A DNA stretch of 64,000 nucleotides, taken from Podarcis bocagei. Its lineage: Eukaryota. Location of the stretch: the NCBI GenBank assembly GCA_964188305.1, contig OZ076885.1. The stretch is one strand, 5' to 3'. How positions within the stretch are numbered: the stretch's first letter is position 1; every line of letters starts with the position of its first letter. Both the position numbers and the translations under genes were made by a program. Below are positions 13,268 through 24,668 of the stretch, piece by piece. Below the pieces are notes generated by a model. It searched no databases, had not been told where the DNA came from, and worked only from the letters and a program-made list of their open reading frames with translations.

Positions 13268-13614
13268 GGTAAAGGGACCCCTGGCCGTTAGGTCCAGTCG
13301 CGGACGGCTCTGGGGTTGCGGAGCTCATCTCGCTTTACTGGCTGAGGGAGCCGGCGTACAGCTTCCAGGTCATGCGGCCAGCATGACTAAGCCGCTTCTG
13401 GCGAACCAGAGCAGTGCACAGAAACGCTGTTTACCTTCCCACCAGCGTGGTACCTATTTATCTACTGGCACTTTGACGTGCTTTCGAGCTGCTAGGTTGG
13501 CAGGAGCAGGGACCGAGCAATGGGAGCTCACCCCATCGCGGGGATTCGAACCGCCAAGCTTCTGATCGGCAAGCCCTAGGCTCTGTGGTTTAGACCACAG
13601 TGCCACCCGCGTCC
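13268..13614 (-). mobile_element. Sauria SINE (full length)
   Basis: tRNA-like head ggacgcgggtggcactgtgg on the minus strand, cctttacc tail; 14-bp TSD TTTTTTGTCAGTTA. Confidence 0.9.
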
Positions 13615-13628
13615 TTTTTTGTCAGTTA

Positions 13629-13948
13629 AAGGTAAAGGGACCCCTGACCATTAGGTCCAGTTGTGGCCGACTCTGGGGTTGCGGTGCTCATCTTGCTTTA
13701 TTGGCCGAGGGAGCCGGCATACAGCTTCCGGGTCATGTGGCCAGCATGACTAAGCCGCTTCTGGCGAACCAGAGCAGCACACGGAAGCGCCGTTTACCTT
13801 CCCGCCGGAGTGGTACCTATTTATCTACTTGCACTTTGAAGTGCTTTCAAACTGCTAGGTAGGCAGGAGCAGGGACCAAGCAACGGGAGCTCACCCCATT
13901 GCGGGGATTTGAACCACCGACCTTCTGATCAGCAAGTCCTAGGCTCTG
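13629..13948 (-). mobile_element. Sauria SINE (5' truncated)
   Basis: Near-identical to the adjacent copy. Confidence 0.88.
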
Positions 13949-14371
13949 CTATATATCCATAATTGCCATTACACTTTCTGCTACTTCGGATTGCCTAGCC
14001 ACCAATGTTTGTACCATAGCAACAATCTGAATAGCCTAAATTCCTGGTTTATGTACATGACAAAAGCTAGAACTGGTCCTCTAGACTTACAGCCATGCTC
14101 CCTTTTTGTGTGTGCTTAGAACTGCCTTGAAAACAAAATGGCAAACCATGTGATTTTAGGAGTAGTAACTAGCTGAATTTTACGGGACTTAGCTATGGGG
14201 CAGGATGCAGAAACACCTGCCCATGGCCTAGTTTGCCCCTCTGCATTAAAAAGCACACACTTGCAAGGATACAGTTTACTCAAGTACTTCACTTGCGCAC
14301 TGTTACCAATCTATGGCAAATTTACTGGACCGAATGATCAAAACGTCGGGTACCATTAATTCTCCACTTAC

Positions 14372-15123
14372 CTAAATGCGGAAACAGATCAGCATCCAGC
14401 TGCTGTTTCTGAGTGCACAGTTTCACCAGTCTCTGTAGCCGGCTCATACAGGATGAGTGCGGAGAGAAGGCTGTGGCTTTCATAAGGATCCTGTCCACCC
14501 CAGGCGGGTCTGGGCCAGGAGCCCTAGTAGGGTGCAGGGGAGGCAGCGGTCTTTTGTTAGACAGCTGCCTGGCTTGTGCTATAGTGTACGTGGTGGGAGC
14601 CACTCCCTGCACTGGTAGGCTGGTGTTCTGAGGTTGAGGTGACTTGCAGACTAAGCCCTGCTGTAGCCCTGCTGGCTTTAGAGAAGTTGGTAATGGCGAG
14701 AGATGGGAGTGCTGCTGCTGCTGCTGCTGCTGCTGCTGCAAAGGTGCAGGAAGAGGGCTAAAGTGCTCTTGGCGAACTTTCAGAATCTCTGTTTCTCTCT
14801 GGCGCTGCCGGTTCTGGGCTAATTTGCTCTGCAGCTTCTTCTTCACCGTTGCCCCTTTCTTGAGATCTTCATCTTCCTCGTTGAAAGCAAAGGGGTCTTC
14901 CAGTTCTGCTTCCAAGTAGTGGAGAGGAAGCCGGGCACCGGGTGGAGAGAGGGACATCCCGTCTAGTCCATTGGGCATCTTCAAGGCCAGTGGAGGAACT
15001 GTCAGGCTGAAGGCCACAGAATCCATCTGGTGCCGAACTTTTACCTCCTCGACGGGGTCATTCTTTTTCTTCCTCTCCTTTTTCGGTAAAAAGCCAAGTA
15101 CCTGCAGGTGACTGTTGCAGTAC
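14372..15123 (-). CDS. INO80D: INO80D coding exon 2
   Basis: YCNSHLQVLGFLPKKERKKKNDPVEEVKVRHQMDSVAFSLTVP...DADLFPHL; ag/gtaagt boundaries; phase consistent with neighbours. Confidence 0.96.
14712..14738 (-). repeat. INO80D: Coding (CAG)9 polyQ tract in INO80D
   Basis: Uninterrupted ctg x9 on the plus strand. Confidence 0.95.
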
Positions 15124-15678
15124 CTTTGAGAAGCAAGACCATCAGAATTATTTCCTCCTCGTCAGCTCTTAAGCATGGTGAAACTAGAAACTAGAATTCA
15201 TGAGAAAGTAGTTTAAATGGCATAAGTATATTTTTTGTGAGAAACCTCAATCGAGAACGTTTAAATGAATATCTCATAGCCAATTATAAGCTTTCAAAAA
15301 TAAAGATATTATTTGAATTGCATATTACATTAGCTATATTATAACTATAGATACAATGTACTTCCAATTGAACTGCACATCAGAACATTTGCAGAATTAC
15401 AGTCTGCATTTCAAGGGAGTCCATATATGGAAAAACTGTGACATAAAAGCACAGCAGATAGCTTTCAAGGCGATCTCTTTTCTTACCCTAATAAAAATAA
15501 CTGTGTTAGGTTCTACACGTTTCTGTGAAAAGCTTGCATCCCTAACACTTCAATCTTATGCTTGAAAAGGATGCAAAGCAGAAATTTTATTAGTAGCCCA
15601 AGTGATAGAAAATGGTTTAACAAAGAACAAGAGTGGGTGGTTTTTTTCTTCGAGAAGTCAAAGAGCAAAGAGGGAATA

Positions 15679-16037
15679 CAGTGGTGCCTCGCAAGACGAA
15701 AAGAATCCGTTCTGTGATTCTCTTCGTCTAGCGGTTTTTTTCATCTTGCAAAGCAAGCCCATTGAAGGATTAGCGGATTAGCGCTATTAGCGGCTATTAG
15801 CGGCTATTAGCGGCTATTAGCGGCTTATCTGCTGATCAGATCAGCTGATAAGCGGCTTAGTGGCTTAGAAAAAGGGAGGGGGGAAGGGGAAAAAACCAGC
15901 AGGAACTCGCAAGACATTGTCATCTTGCGAAGCAAGCCCATAGGAAATTCGTTTTGCGAAACACCTCCAAAACGGAAAACTCTTTCGTCTAGCGAGTTTT
16001 CCGTCTTGCGAGGCATTCGTCTTGCGGGGCACCACTG
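15679..16037 (+). mobile_element. Tigger-like MITE family B with internal (GCGGCTATTA)n
   Basis: TA|CAGTGGTGCCTCGCAAGACGAA...GCACCACTG|TA. Confidence 0.88.
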
Positions 16038-17643
16038 TATGTTCTTTGGCTTGAGGCAAATAATTTTAAACCTGGAAATATTGGACTTGGGAACAGGAAG
16101 ACTAGGGTTTAAATCCTCACTCAGCTATGAAACTCACTGGGTGTCTTTGGGCTACCCTCTTTCAGTCTAAGCTTCCACACACAGCTGTTGAGAAGATAAA
16201 AAGTAGATAACCTGTACACTCCAGCCAGCCTTGGATGGAGGGTGGGTTGTTGTTATAATCATCACTGTGGAACACTTAATGGGGAGACACATTAATATTA
16301 GGCCAGTATATTAGCTGTGCTGCTTTCAGCACCCACTAAAAACTTTTTTTGGTTAGGCAAGCATGCCCCCAAACATATTTTTAATATGCAATTTTTATGT
16401 GCATATTCCTTGAGAAAAATGCTGATTTTATATATGCTTCAATACATTTTACGTCAATTTATTTTTAACATTTTATTTTATTGGTAGTTTAAATATACGT
16501 TTTATATTGTTTTAAGTACACCACTTGGAGATTGGGGTCATTTAAGCGGTATATAAATCTTTTTGAATAAATGAACAGATTACACATTGCCTTCACCTCA
16601 TTCCAATTTTCAGCAGAAGGTGCAATTTAAAGTTCAATATTAAAAACAGCTTAATACTGACGCTAACTGGGGACTTGCAGAATTCAGATTTCCCAATTTC
16701 AGAATTTAGGGTTCTGGCTTACAGATATAATTCATTTCTTTAATACTGTGTTTCTTTTGAATCCTTTTCAAAATCCTTTGAATCCTTTTGAGTAGGAAGC
16801 CCCCGCTTCAATCACAAATCTTAAGGAAAAATAACTCTGAAGGGAAAAACACCGTCTTTTTATACACCTCCAGTTATGAATAAGTCCACAGTCTGCTTCT
16901 TTAATGTGTTAAACTGATACGCTTACGCTGCTTTCTTCTTGCTGTCCTCCATTTTCCAATGTTGTGACATGATGCTTCACACCTAGTTAACTTCCCTTGC
17001 CTTCCCAAAACACGCATGTTAGAAAGTTATACACTTCATCTTGTGAGCCACAACAAAGCATTCCTACTGCCTATCGCATCAGCCTCCCCAGAAAAACTGG
17101 CAAATTATGCTAATTCAAAGCCCAAAGTATTCGCTGCTAACTAAAGAATAATCTGAACAGAAAAATATAGCGGGGGGGGGGGCTGCTTTGGAACAGCATA
17201 GGAGGTGGCACAGAGGACTGCTGGATAAAAGAGGAAACCGTGAAAATCATTTCCTCCCATTTTATTCATGGGACCAGAGAGCACTTCCATCACTAGAGGG
17301 CCACATCTGGATACAACCCTAGGAAGGCAAGGCTGGAGTTCTACTTGGGAGCAAAATTCCTTCATTTTGACAACCTGCAATGTCATATTAGAAGAACTGC
17401 TGCCAGGTGTCTACAGAAACCACTGTGTGCTCAGCAGACAGTGTTTCTCCAGTGATTTCCGAAGTCACTTTTATTAATGTTGGCTCACTGTCAAAACTTG
17501 TGGTACTCTGCCTCACAAGTTATGCAAATGGAACAACTGGGCAAATATTGCCTCAGTCTGCATACTTTATTCTGCTCCTATTCATGAGGGGCAATGAGAT
17601 GTGAAGGGCTGCGCTACAGTTTCACCCCACAGATACTCTACAT

Positions 17644-17779
17644 CAGGCATCCCCAAACTCGGCCCTCCAGATGTTTTGGGACTACAACTCCCATCATCCC
17701 TGACCACTGGTCCTGTTAGCTAGGGATGATGGGAGTTGTAGTCCCAAAACATATGGAGGACCGAGTTTGCCTATGCCTG
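17644..17779. mobile_element. Palindromic hAT MITE
   Basis: CAGGCAT...ATGCCTG termini, long internal inverted arms, TSD CTCTACAT / CTCTACAG. Confidence 0.85.
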
Positions 17780-18481
17780 CTCTACAGAGAGGCCCTGTTT
17801 TTAAAGATTTCATCAGGTAATATCCAAGCACTTCAAAGAACACTTAATTCTCTCTTCTGCACAACTAGTGGAGATGTGGTACTTGCCCACTTTCGCATCC
17901 GGCACACCAAACACTGAAGTGCCCTGATCTAGTTGTCTTAGCAACAAGGGACATATTCCTTTCCATCCTCCTTAGCAAGAACAATACGGTCAATTGCCCT
18001 CAGTGAAGTTGCCATGTAAACACATCTGATTATGGCACAGCACGACATTATCAAATTCGCATGTGATTCCTGATTGGCTGGGATCATATGGTGAAGGATA
18101 ATTTAGAAACAGGGGGTGGATTTCAACATATATGTACAGGGTCTGCATATGCAATGGGAACTCCCTTTCCCCCTTATTCCCCAACGCATCCCTTAAAACT
18201 ATTCTGGGTTTTTCTCAATGCTCCAAAGATTGGGGGGAGGGAGAGAGGGGGAAAGTCTCACTGTGAGAGTGGACCTTATTCTGCACACACAACAACTTAA
18301 TTATACGCCACCCAAAGTGATAAAATGAGGCAGTGAGGGAGGGAGGATCCAAGTGGTCTCCCATTCAACCTGTTGACCAGATGTTGACCTGGGGAGCTTC
18401 TATCATGTGCCTCCAAACCATGCTTCAGGCCACCACTGAGATTGTCGCTGCTGTTTTCAAAACTGTGCGCCCATTACTTAC

Positions 18482-18699
18482 CTACGGTCCTCAGATTTGG
18501 GGATGGGGTTGGTGCAGCGTTGGCTATTGTACTTGGCCACATATTCACATTGCTTGAAGGGAGCAGTCTTATCCTCCAGAACGTGCCTGATACAGAAGGC
18601 GTAGCCGTTAAGTCGCCTCTGCTTGCACAGTTTGGGGCTGTACGAGCACAACGGCTTATTGTCAACCTCAGAAAAGTGTATGTGTTTGCCTTCATACAT
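18482..18699 (-). CDS. INO80D: INO80 complex subunit D, first annotated coding exon (exon spans 18482-18728)
   Basis: Translates MYEGKHIHFSEVDNKPLCSYSPKLCKQRRLNGYAFCIRHVLEDKTAPFKQCEYVAKYNSQRCTNPIPKSEDR, the vertebrate INO80D N-terminus; acceptor tttcag, donor AG|gtaagt. Confidence 0.97.
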
Positions 18700-19320
18700 C
18701 ACGTGACTCTTTTCCTTGTGAACATCAGCTGAAACAAGACCCCACCACCACCAAAACAAAAAAAAAGTTAAAAACGAGTTTCAAAGTCAACAAAGAAGAT
18801 AAAAGTTTTAGTTCTAATCTATCTGAAGAGGACCAGTTACCCAATTTTAAATCTTCTCTACCATGTCAATGTCAGCAAAGAGCCCCGCAGACACCACTAT
18901 CCCGGAATGATGACGAGTCAAGATGAAGCAGATTGTCTAAGAGGAATAACACAGAGAAATTGTGTTAATGAAAATGTATGAAACTGCTCACAGAGCGCAA
19001 ATGAATCAATTTGATCTCCCCAGAAAAATCATCAGCTGGAACACCAACTTAACAATTTGAATGTGAAATACTCTTTGCACAGGATTATCTCTAAGGATAT
19101 TATCTCCATTTTCTGAAGAATTTACTATGGTGAATTCTACCAGCAACGTATGGGAAAGCGTTCACTGATGTCCTCCCTTCTAGGTACACTGCAAGTTTTA
19201 GAACTGTTTTAGCTACAGCCACTTTAGCGCCAAATCATGGCAGCAAGCTGGCATCATATGCAAAATGGGGGTAAGCAAATCCCAACACCCTCTGCCAAAC
19301 CTTCTGGAAAAGGAGCGTTG

Positions 19321-20088
19321 TAAAATTAGCAAAGATATATCATAATTGTGATAATCTATGTTGGAAATGTAAAGAAAAGGAAGGAATCTTTTATCATATG
19401 TGGTGGACCTGTCCCAAGGTGAAAGACTTCTGGGAAAAGATTTATAATGAATTGAAAAAAATGTTGAAATATACATTTATAAAGAAACCAGAGGCCTTTC
19501 TTCTTGGAATAATAGGTTTGGAATTGCCCAAGAAAGATGGTAAATTATTCTTGTATGCCACAACTGCTGCTCGTATTTTGTTAGCTAAAAAGTGGAAAAC
19601 CCAAGATTTACCAATGATAGAAGAATGGCAGGTGAAGATGATGGATTTTTCGGAGCTAGCCGACGTAACTGAAAGAGTCCGTGACCAGAAGGAGGAGGAG
19701 TATCAGGAAGATTGGATTAAATTTAATGATTATTTAGTTAAATATGTTAAGTTAAATTAACTGAAAACAGCTTGCAGATATTTAATTGGCATAGGATTTT
19801 ATTTAAGTGATGAATTAATATGTTTAATTTCATAATGTGAAGCTCTAAGGATGTTAATGTTTAAGTTAAATTTTATAAGAACTGTGAGTTGGAAAACCGT
19901 TAAAAGGACATGCAATGAAATTCAACCAAGGGGAAATGAGGAAGTCACTTAACAATGTTAATAAGAGTAATTTTTAATAAGGCTATGATTTTTGTTTGTT
20001 TGTCTTATGTGTTTGTTTGTTTGTTTGTTTGTTTGTTTGTTTATAATGTTGTGAAAACTAATTTTAAAAAATTGGAAAAACAAAAAGG
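19321..20088 (+). mobile_element. L1/Tx1-clade LINE 3' end
   Basis: CWKCKEKEGIFYHMWWTCPKVKDFWEKI... (CCHC Zn-knuckle region of ORF2), AT-rich 3'UTR, A-rich tail. Confidence 0.85.
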
Positions 20089-20519
20089 AAAAGCAACGTT
20101 GAGAGAGAGCAATATGGAGCAGACTGACACTAGGTTAGGGCAGGGGTACTAAATACTTTCCCCACCCATCGCTTCTCAGCTTTAAATCTCCCCTTCAGCT
20201 GAATTTCCACCTTCAGAGATCAAAACATGAGTCTATGCTTGACATTATATTCAAATTGTTGCTTTGTAAGGTATTGGTGCAAAACCCAACTATCTATCAT
20301 TACAAGTGAGCAAAAGAACTTGGCATGAATTTTAGTCTGATAGCAAAACGTGTATCCTGAGGTACAGTTAAGCTCCTATTTTACACTTAAATAATAATCT
20401 GGTTTCCACACAAAACATGCAGCTGGTGACATTCCTTTTGCAAATCAGCAGCTCAGAGGTTCATAAGAGGTTTAAAATTATGGTCACAAATCGACAAACA
20501 CCTTGCTCCAAATATGTTT

Positions 20520-20992
20520 TGACTCAGCAATGTCTATGGTGGCTTGGCCATGTCCACAGAATGGAAGATGGCATGATCCCCAAGGTTAAGTTCCTTGGGG
20601 AGCTGGCTTCAATCAGCTGGCCCGTTGGCAGACCAACTGTGTTACAAAGATGTCTGCAAACATGACATGAAAGCCGACAACATTAACACCGCCGCGTGGG
20701 AATCCCTTGCAGACGACCGCAACACCTAAAGACCATCTGTCAAGTCATGTATCCACAGCAGTTACCAGAGGAGCAATGACAGCTGGGAGGAGCGCAAAAG
20801 GAAGAAATGCCATGGTGCATCTGCAGAAGCACAACTGGACGCCTTCATCTGCTCCAGCCGCAACAAAACTTGTCTCTCCCACATCGGTCTCTACAGCCAC
20901 AGCAGGCGCTGTAATTCTGATGGTTTGACTTCACCCCCAAAGATGCACTCTTCCATTATCTCTTGAGACAGGCGGATGCCAACCAACCAACC
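20520..20992 (+). mobile_element. RTE-clade LINE 3' fragment
   Basis: WLGHVHRMEDGMIPK motif, degenerate C-terminal Zn-finger-like region, (CCAA)n tail. Confidence 0.7.
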
Positions 20993-21464
20993 CCACTTGC
21001 CCAACCAGGCTTCCTGCCTCCCAGACAGGGTTTGAAATTAGCAGGGTGCCAGGCGCACTTTGCGCCTAAAGAATCTCCATTCGCGAGCACCTCTAAAAGT
21101 CTGGGTGCCATTTTTTGTGCCTGGCTGACACTCAAGGATTACTGAAATGTATGTGCTTTGAAGCCTCCAAGTATATGTTAAAGATAGACAATATGTTAAG
21201 GAGTTTAACAATAGAGAGTAGAGTGTTTTGAACACTGAAGTATGGTGCCAATATTTTTACTGTAAACACCAAATTACACTTATGTATTAACAATTTCTGC
21301 TAAAAATGTGATAGTAACAATGTGACTCTTATGTGAATTGCATATTAGTTCATGCTTAGTTCAAAATAATAAATAAAAAGTGTTGCCGACACCCCCCCAC
21401 CCCCAAATGGCAACTAGACATTCTGTTTTGGTGCCCACAACCCAGGTCCCAGGATCCCAGCCGG

Positions 21465-21890
21465 CACCATATAACACCGGTCTTGAAAGACCTACATTGG
21501 CTCCCAGTACATTTCCGAGCACAATTCAAAGTGTTGGTGTTGACCTTTAAAGCCCTAAACGGCCTTGGTCCTGTATACCTGAAGGAGCATCTCCACCCCC
21601 ATCGTTCTGTCCGGACACCGAGATCCAGCACCGAGGGCCTTCTGGCGGTTCCCTCATTATGAGAAATGAGGTTACAAGGAAAACAGACAGAAGGCCTTCT
21701 CGGTAGTGGCTCCCACCCTATGGAACGCCCTCCCATCAGATGTCAAGGAAATAAGCAGATATCCTATTTTTAAAAGACATCTGAAGGCAGCCCTGTTTAG
21801 TTTTTAATATTTAATGCTGTATTGTTTTTAACACTCAATTGGGAGCTGCCCAGAGTGGCTGGGGAAACTCAGGCAGATGGGCAGGGTATA

Positions 21891-21931
<41 letters not shown>
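21465..21931 (+). mobile_element. L2 LINE 3' fragment
   Basis: Near-identical to the 12125 copy; (TTA)n tail. Confidence 0.88.
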
Positions 21932-21932
<1 letters not shown>

Positions 21933-22114
21933 GCTCCTAGATTTTTTTATCCCAGTTTCTAACACTGCATTCAGATGCTCTCAGTATCTGACCCATTCAC
22001 ATACATGGAGTTGCAAGAATGCTCCATACAACTGATGATTCCCTCAACCTGCTGCCATCTCATGTGCCCCCTTCTACCTTCCTTCACTGCTACTCTCTCA
22101 CATGTTGGAAAAGG

Positions 22115-22115
<1 letters not shown>

Positions 22116-22163
<48 letters not shown>

Positions 22164-22575
22164 TTTTATTTATACCCCGCCCTCCCCAGCCAAGGCCGGG
22201 CTCAGGGCGGCTAACAAGCAATAATAAAAACAAGTTGAATGAATACAACTTAAAAACAAAATTAAAATACAACATTAAAATATTGAAACATTAAAATATT
22301 AAAATGCAGCCTCATCACAGGAGGAGAAAGGAAAAAGGAAAAAGAAAGAGGGGGAGGGAATCAAATTGGCTCCAAGCCAAAGGCCAGGCGGAACAACTCT
22401 GTCTTACAGGCCCTGCGGAAAGAAATCAGATCCTGCAGGGCCCTGGTCTCAGGAGACAGAGCGTTCCACCAGGCCGGAGCCAGAGTTGAAAAGGCCCTGG
22501 CTCTGGTTGAGGCTAATCTAACTTCCTTAGGGCCCGGGACCTCTAGGGTGTTGCTATTTATGGACCTTGAGGCTC
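22116..22575 (-). mobile_element. L2 LINE 3' fragment (second family) with (AAT)n tail
   Basis: RAFSTLAPAWWNALSPETRALQDLISFRRACKTELFRLAF. Confidence 0.82.
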
Positions 22576-23685
22576 TCAAGAAGGGTCAGACATCCTCTTA
22601 TTTCTGAATAGTAAGCAAGCAGAGCATTGTTTGGGATAGTTCGGAAAACTGCTCGCACTTTGTCACCAGGGGACATCAAAGCCTCCCTCTCGACTGCTGG
22701 CTTATGCAGCGTTATCAGGGTCCAAACTGGAGGCTGGACAAGTAAACTGTGTAGGGGTGGTCTGGAGCAAAAGCTGGAAGGAGAACTCTGGTCCACTGCT
22801 GCCAAGCAAATGACACATGTTCCCTGGTCACACAGCAGATGGGAGGCAGAATTTAAAGGCTACTGATCAGCCAGGCCAGGTAGGATTGCTTCAGAGGATG
22901 CAAGGAATAAAGAAAGCTCAGGGGTGGCTTTTTAAAAAAAAACTCCCTGTCTTGATGTCAGCAGTGAGCACCCTGGACCAAAAATGATGCACACACTTCT
23001 GAGTTGTGTGGAATGGCCTTAAGTGAGCAGGGCTGGGTAACTAAGAGAGGAAGAAGTCAAGCTTGTTGGCAGCAGCTGCAAGAAGTGGAGGAAAGAGGTG
23101 CAGGTGTGCTGTCAAGCTTCCCAAAGGATGGAAGGCAAAGCCCCAAGAGCCTTGAGGTGGTTTTGCTACAAGCCAACTCAACTGCAGACAGCCAAACAAC
23201 ACGGAAGAATGTAAGCCTCTATGCCAGCACAAGGGATCACCTCTACTCTCATGCTGCAAATTCCTGGTGCCATTCTCACAGGATGGTACTTGTATACTGA
23301 TACTCATTATGTATAAGAAGACAAGGAACCAACGAATAATTTTTGATATGGTTTAGGAAGCTTGATGGCAACACAGTCTAATTTCCATAGTGGATGCCCT
23401 CTTATTTTCCAACCATACAAGGTTACCTTTCTGATCTGGTAGCCCATGGTTCTTTCTAATGATTGTTTCACCGTGTGCCATGGCTAACCGTGACAATTTG
23501 GCACCCGCTCACCTATATTTTAGGGGTTGAATATAGTTTACGCTGCAAAATAATATTGCAATTAGCAATGATTAAAGAATCCAAATTATGAGAGCATTTA
23601 TTCCACAAACCTTTTAAAAGACTCAGTAGTATAGATACAGCAAATCCAAGCAGCAACCAAATAATAATAATAATAATTTTTATTA

Positions 23686-23741
23686 TTATCTCACTTCAGT
23701 GTGTGTGGTTCCTTATCTCACTTCAGTGTGTGTGGTTCCTT
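23686..23741 (+). repeat. 27-bp tandem duplication
   Basis: ttatctcacttcagtgtgtgtggttcc x2. Confidence 0.85.
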
Positions 23742-23747
23742 GAAATA

Positions 23748-23993
23748 CAGTGGTACCTCGGGTTAAGTACTTAATTCGTTCCGGAGGTCCGTACTTAACC
23801 TGAAACTGTTCTTAACCTGAAGCACCACTTTAGCTAATGGGGCCTTCTCCTGCTGCCGCCACGCTGCCGGGGCACGATTTCTGTTCTCATCCTGAAGCAA
23901 AGTTCTTAAACTGAAGCACTATTTCTGGGTCAGCAGAGTCTGTAACCTGAAGCGTATGTAAACTGAAGCGTATGTAACCCCAAGGTACCACTG
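23748..23993 (+). mobile_element. Tigger-like MITE family A
   Basis: Near-identical to the 1792 copy; TA TSD. Confidence 0.9.
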
Positions 23994-24466
23994 TATAGCA
24001 CTTTGTAGGCCACTGTTTTACTTGAAGATGACAGTGGGCTGTTAACATGTTTGTAAGGATTTGATGTTTTATATGGACAATAAACATTCAAATCAAACAA
24101 AAATCCTTGTCAAGAGAGCTTGGGAGGATAGATAGAAGGGCAATTGCCAAAGTGGGGAGACCAGGCCTGCTTTTCAAAACCGTATCCCTACAAATTAAAA
24201 CAAATTTGTTTCCAGGTCCTGAAAAGGTGAGGGGAAACACTTGCCTCCTTCCCAAACAATATTCCTGGGTGGGTTGTTGTTTTTTTGCTGGGGGAGGTGT
24301 TGGAAACAAATTGCATCTCCTCCACAACTCTTAGAACTGTCTTCAGAAGAGATAGGCAGAACATTATTCTCCCTTGTGGTCTACCTGTCAGTGGTGGCTG
24401 TGGACAGGTAATGCCAGGGGTAGAAAGCAGGATTTCCCTCACTTCAATACTGTCTGCAAGTGCAAT

Positions 24467-24668
24467 ATAAAAAAATTCCTTCCAGTAGCACCTTAAAGAC
24501 CAACTAAGTTAGTTCTTGGTATGAGCTTTCGTGCATGCACACTTCTTCAGATCTTCATGAGCACACGAAAGCTCATACCAAGAACTAACTTAGTTGGTCT
24601 TTAAGGTGCTACTGGAAGGAATTTTTTTATTTTGACTATGGCAGACCAACACGGCTACCTATCTGTAA
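24467..24668. mobile_element. Penelope-like element remnant (inverted pLTR hairpin)
   Basis: 67-bp perfect inverted arms; cacgaaagctcatacc...tagttggtctttaaggtgctactgg...ggcagaccaacacggctac resembles reptile Penelope pLTRs; 13-bp TSD CTGCAAGTGCAAT. Confidence 0.75.

Noticed and set aside
15770-15865. CRISPR-like or telomere-like array
   Set aside because: Spacer-less 10-bp tandem repeat inside a TA-flanked MITE in a vertebrate genome.
16927-16982. 56-nt frameshifting (poison) exon in an INO80D intron
   Set aside because: Donor gtaagc is present but the acceptor lacks a polypyrimidine tract; unsupported without RNA data.
18905-18990. C/D snoRNA starting ATGATGA
   Set aside because: On the strand opposite INO80D, with no properly placed CTGA box or terminal stem.
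19398-19760. 120-aa ORF as a host gene
   Set aside because: It is the C-terminus of an L1/Tx1 ORF2 in a 5'-truncated LINE.
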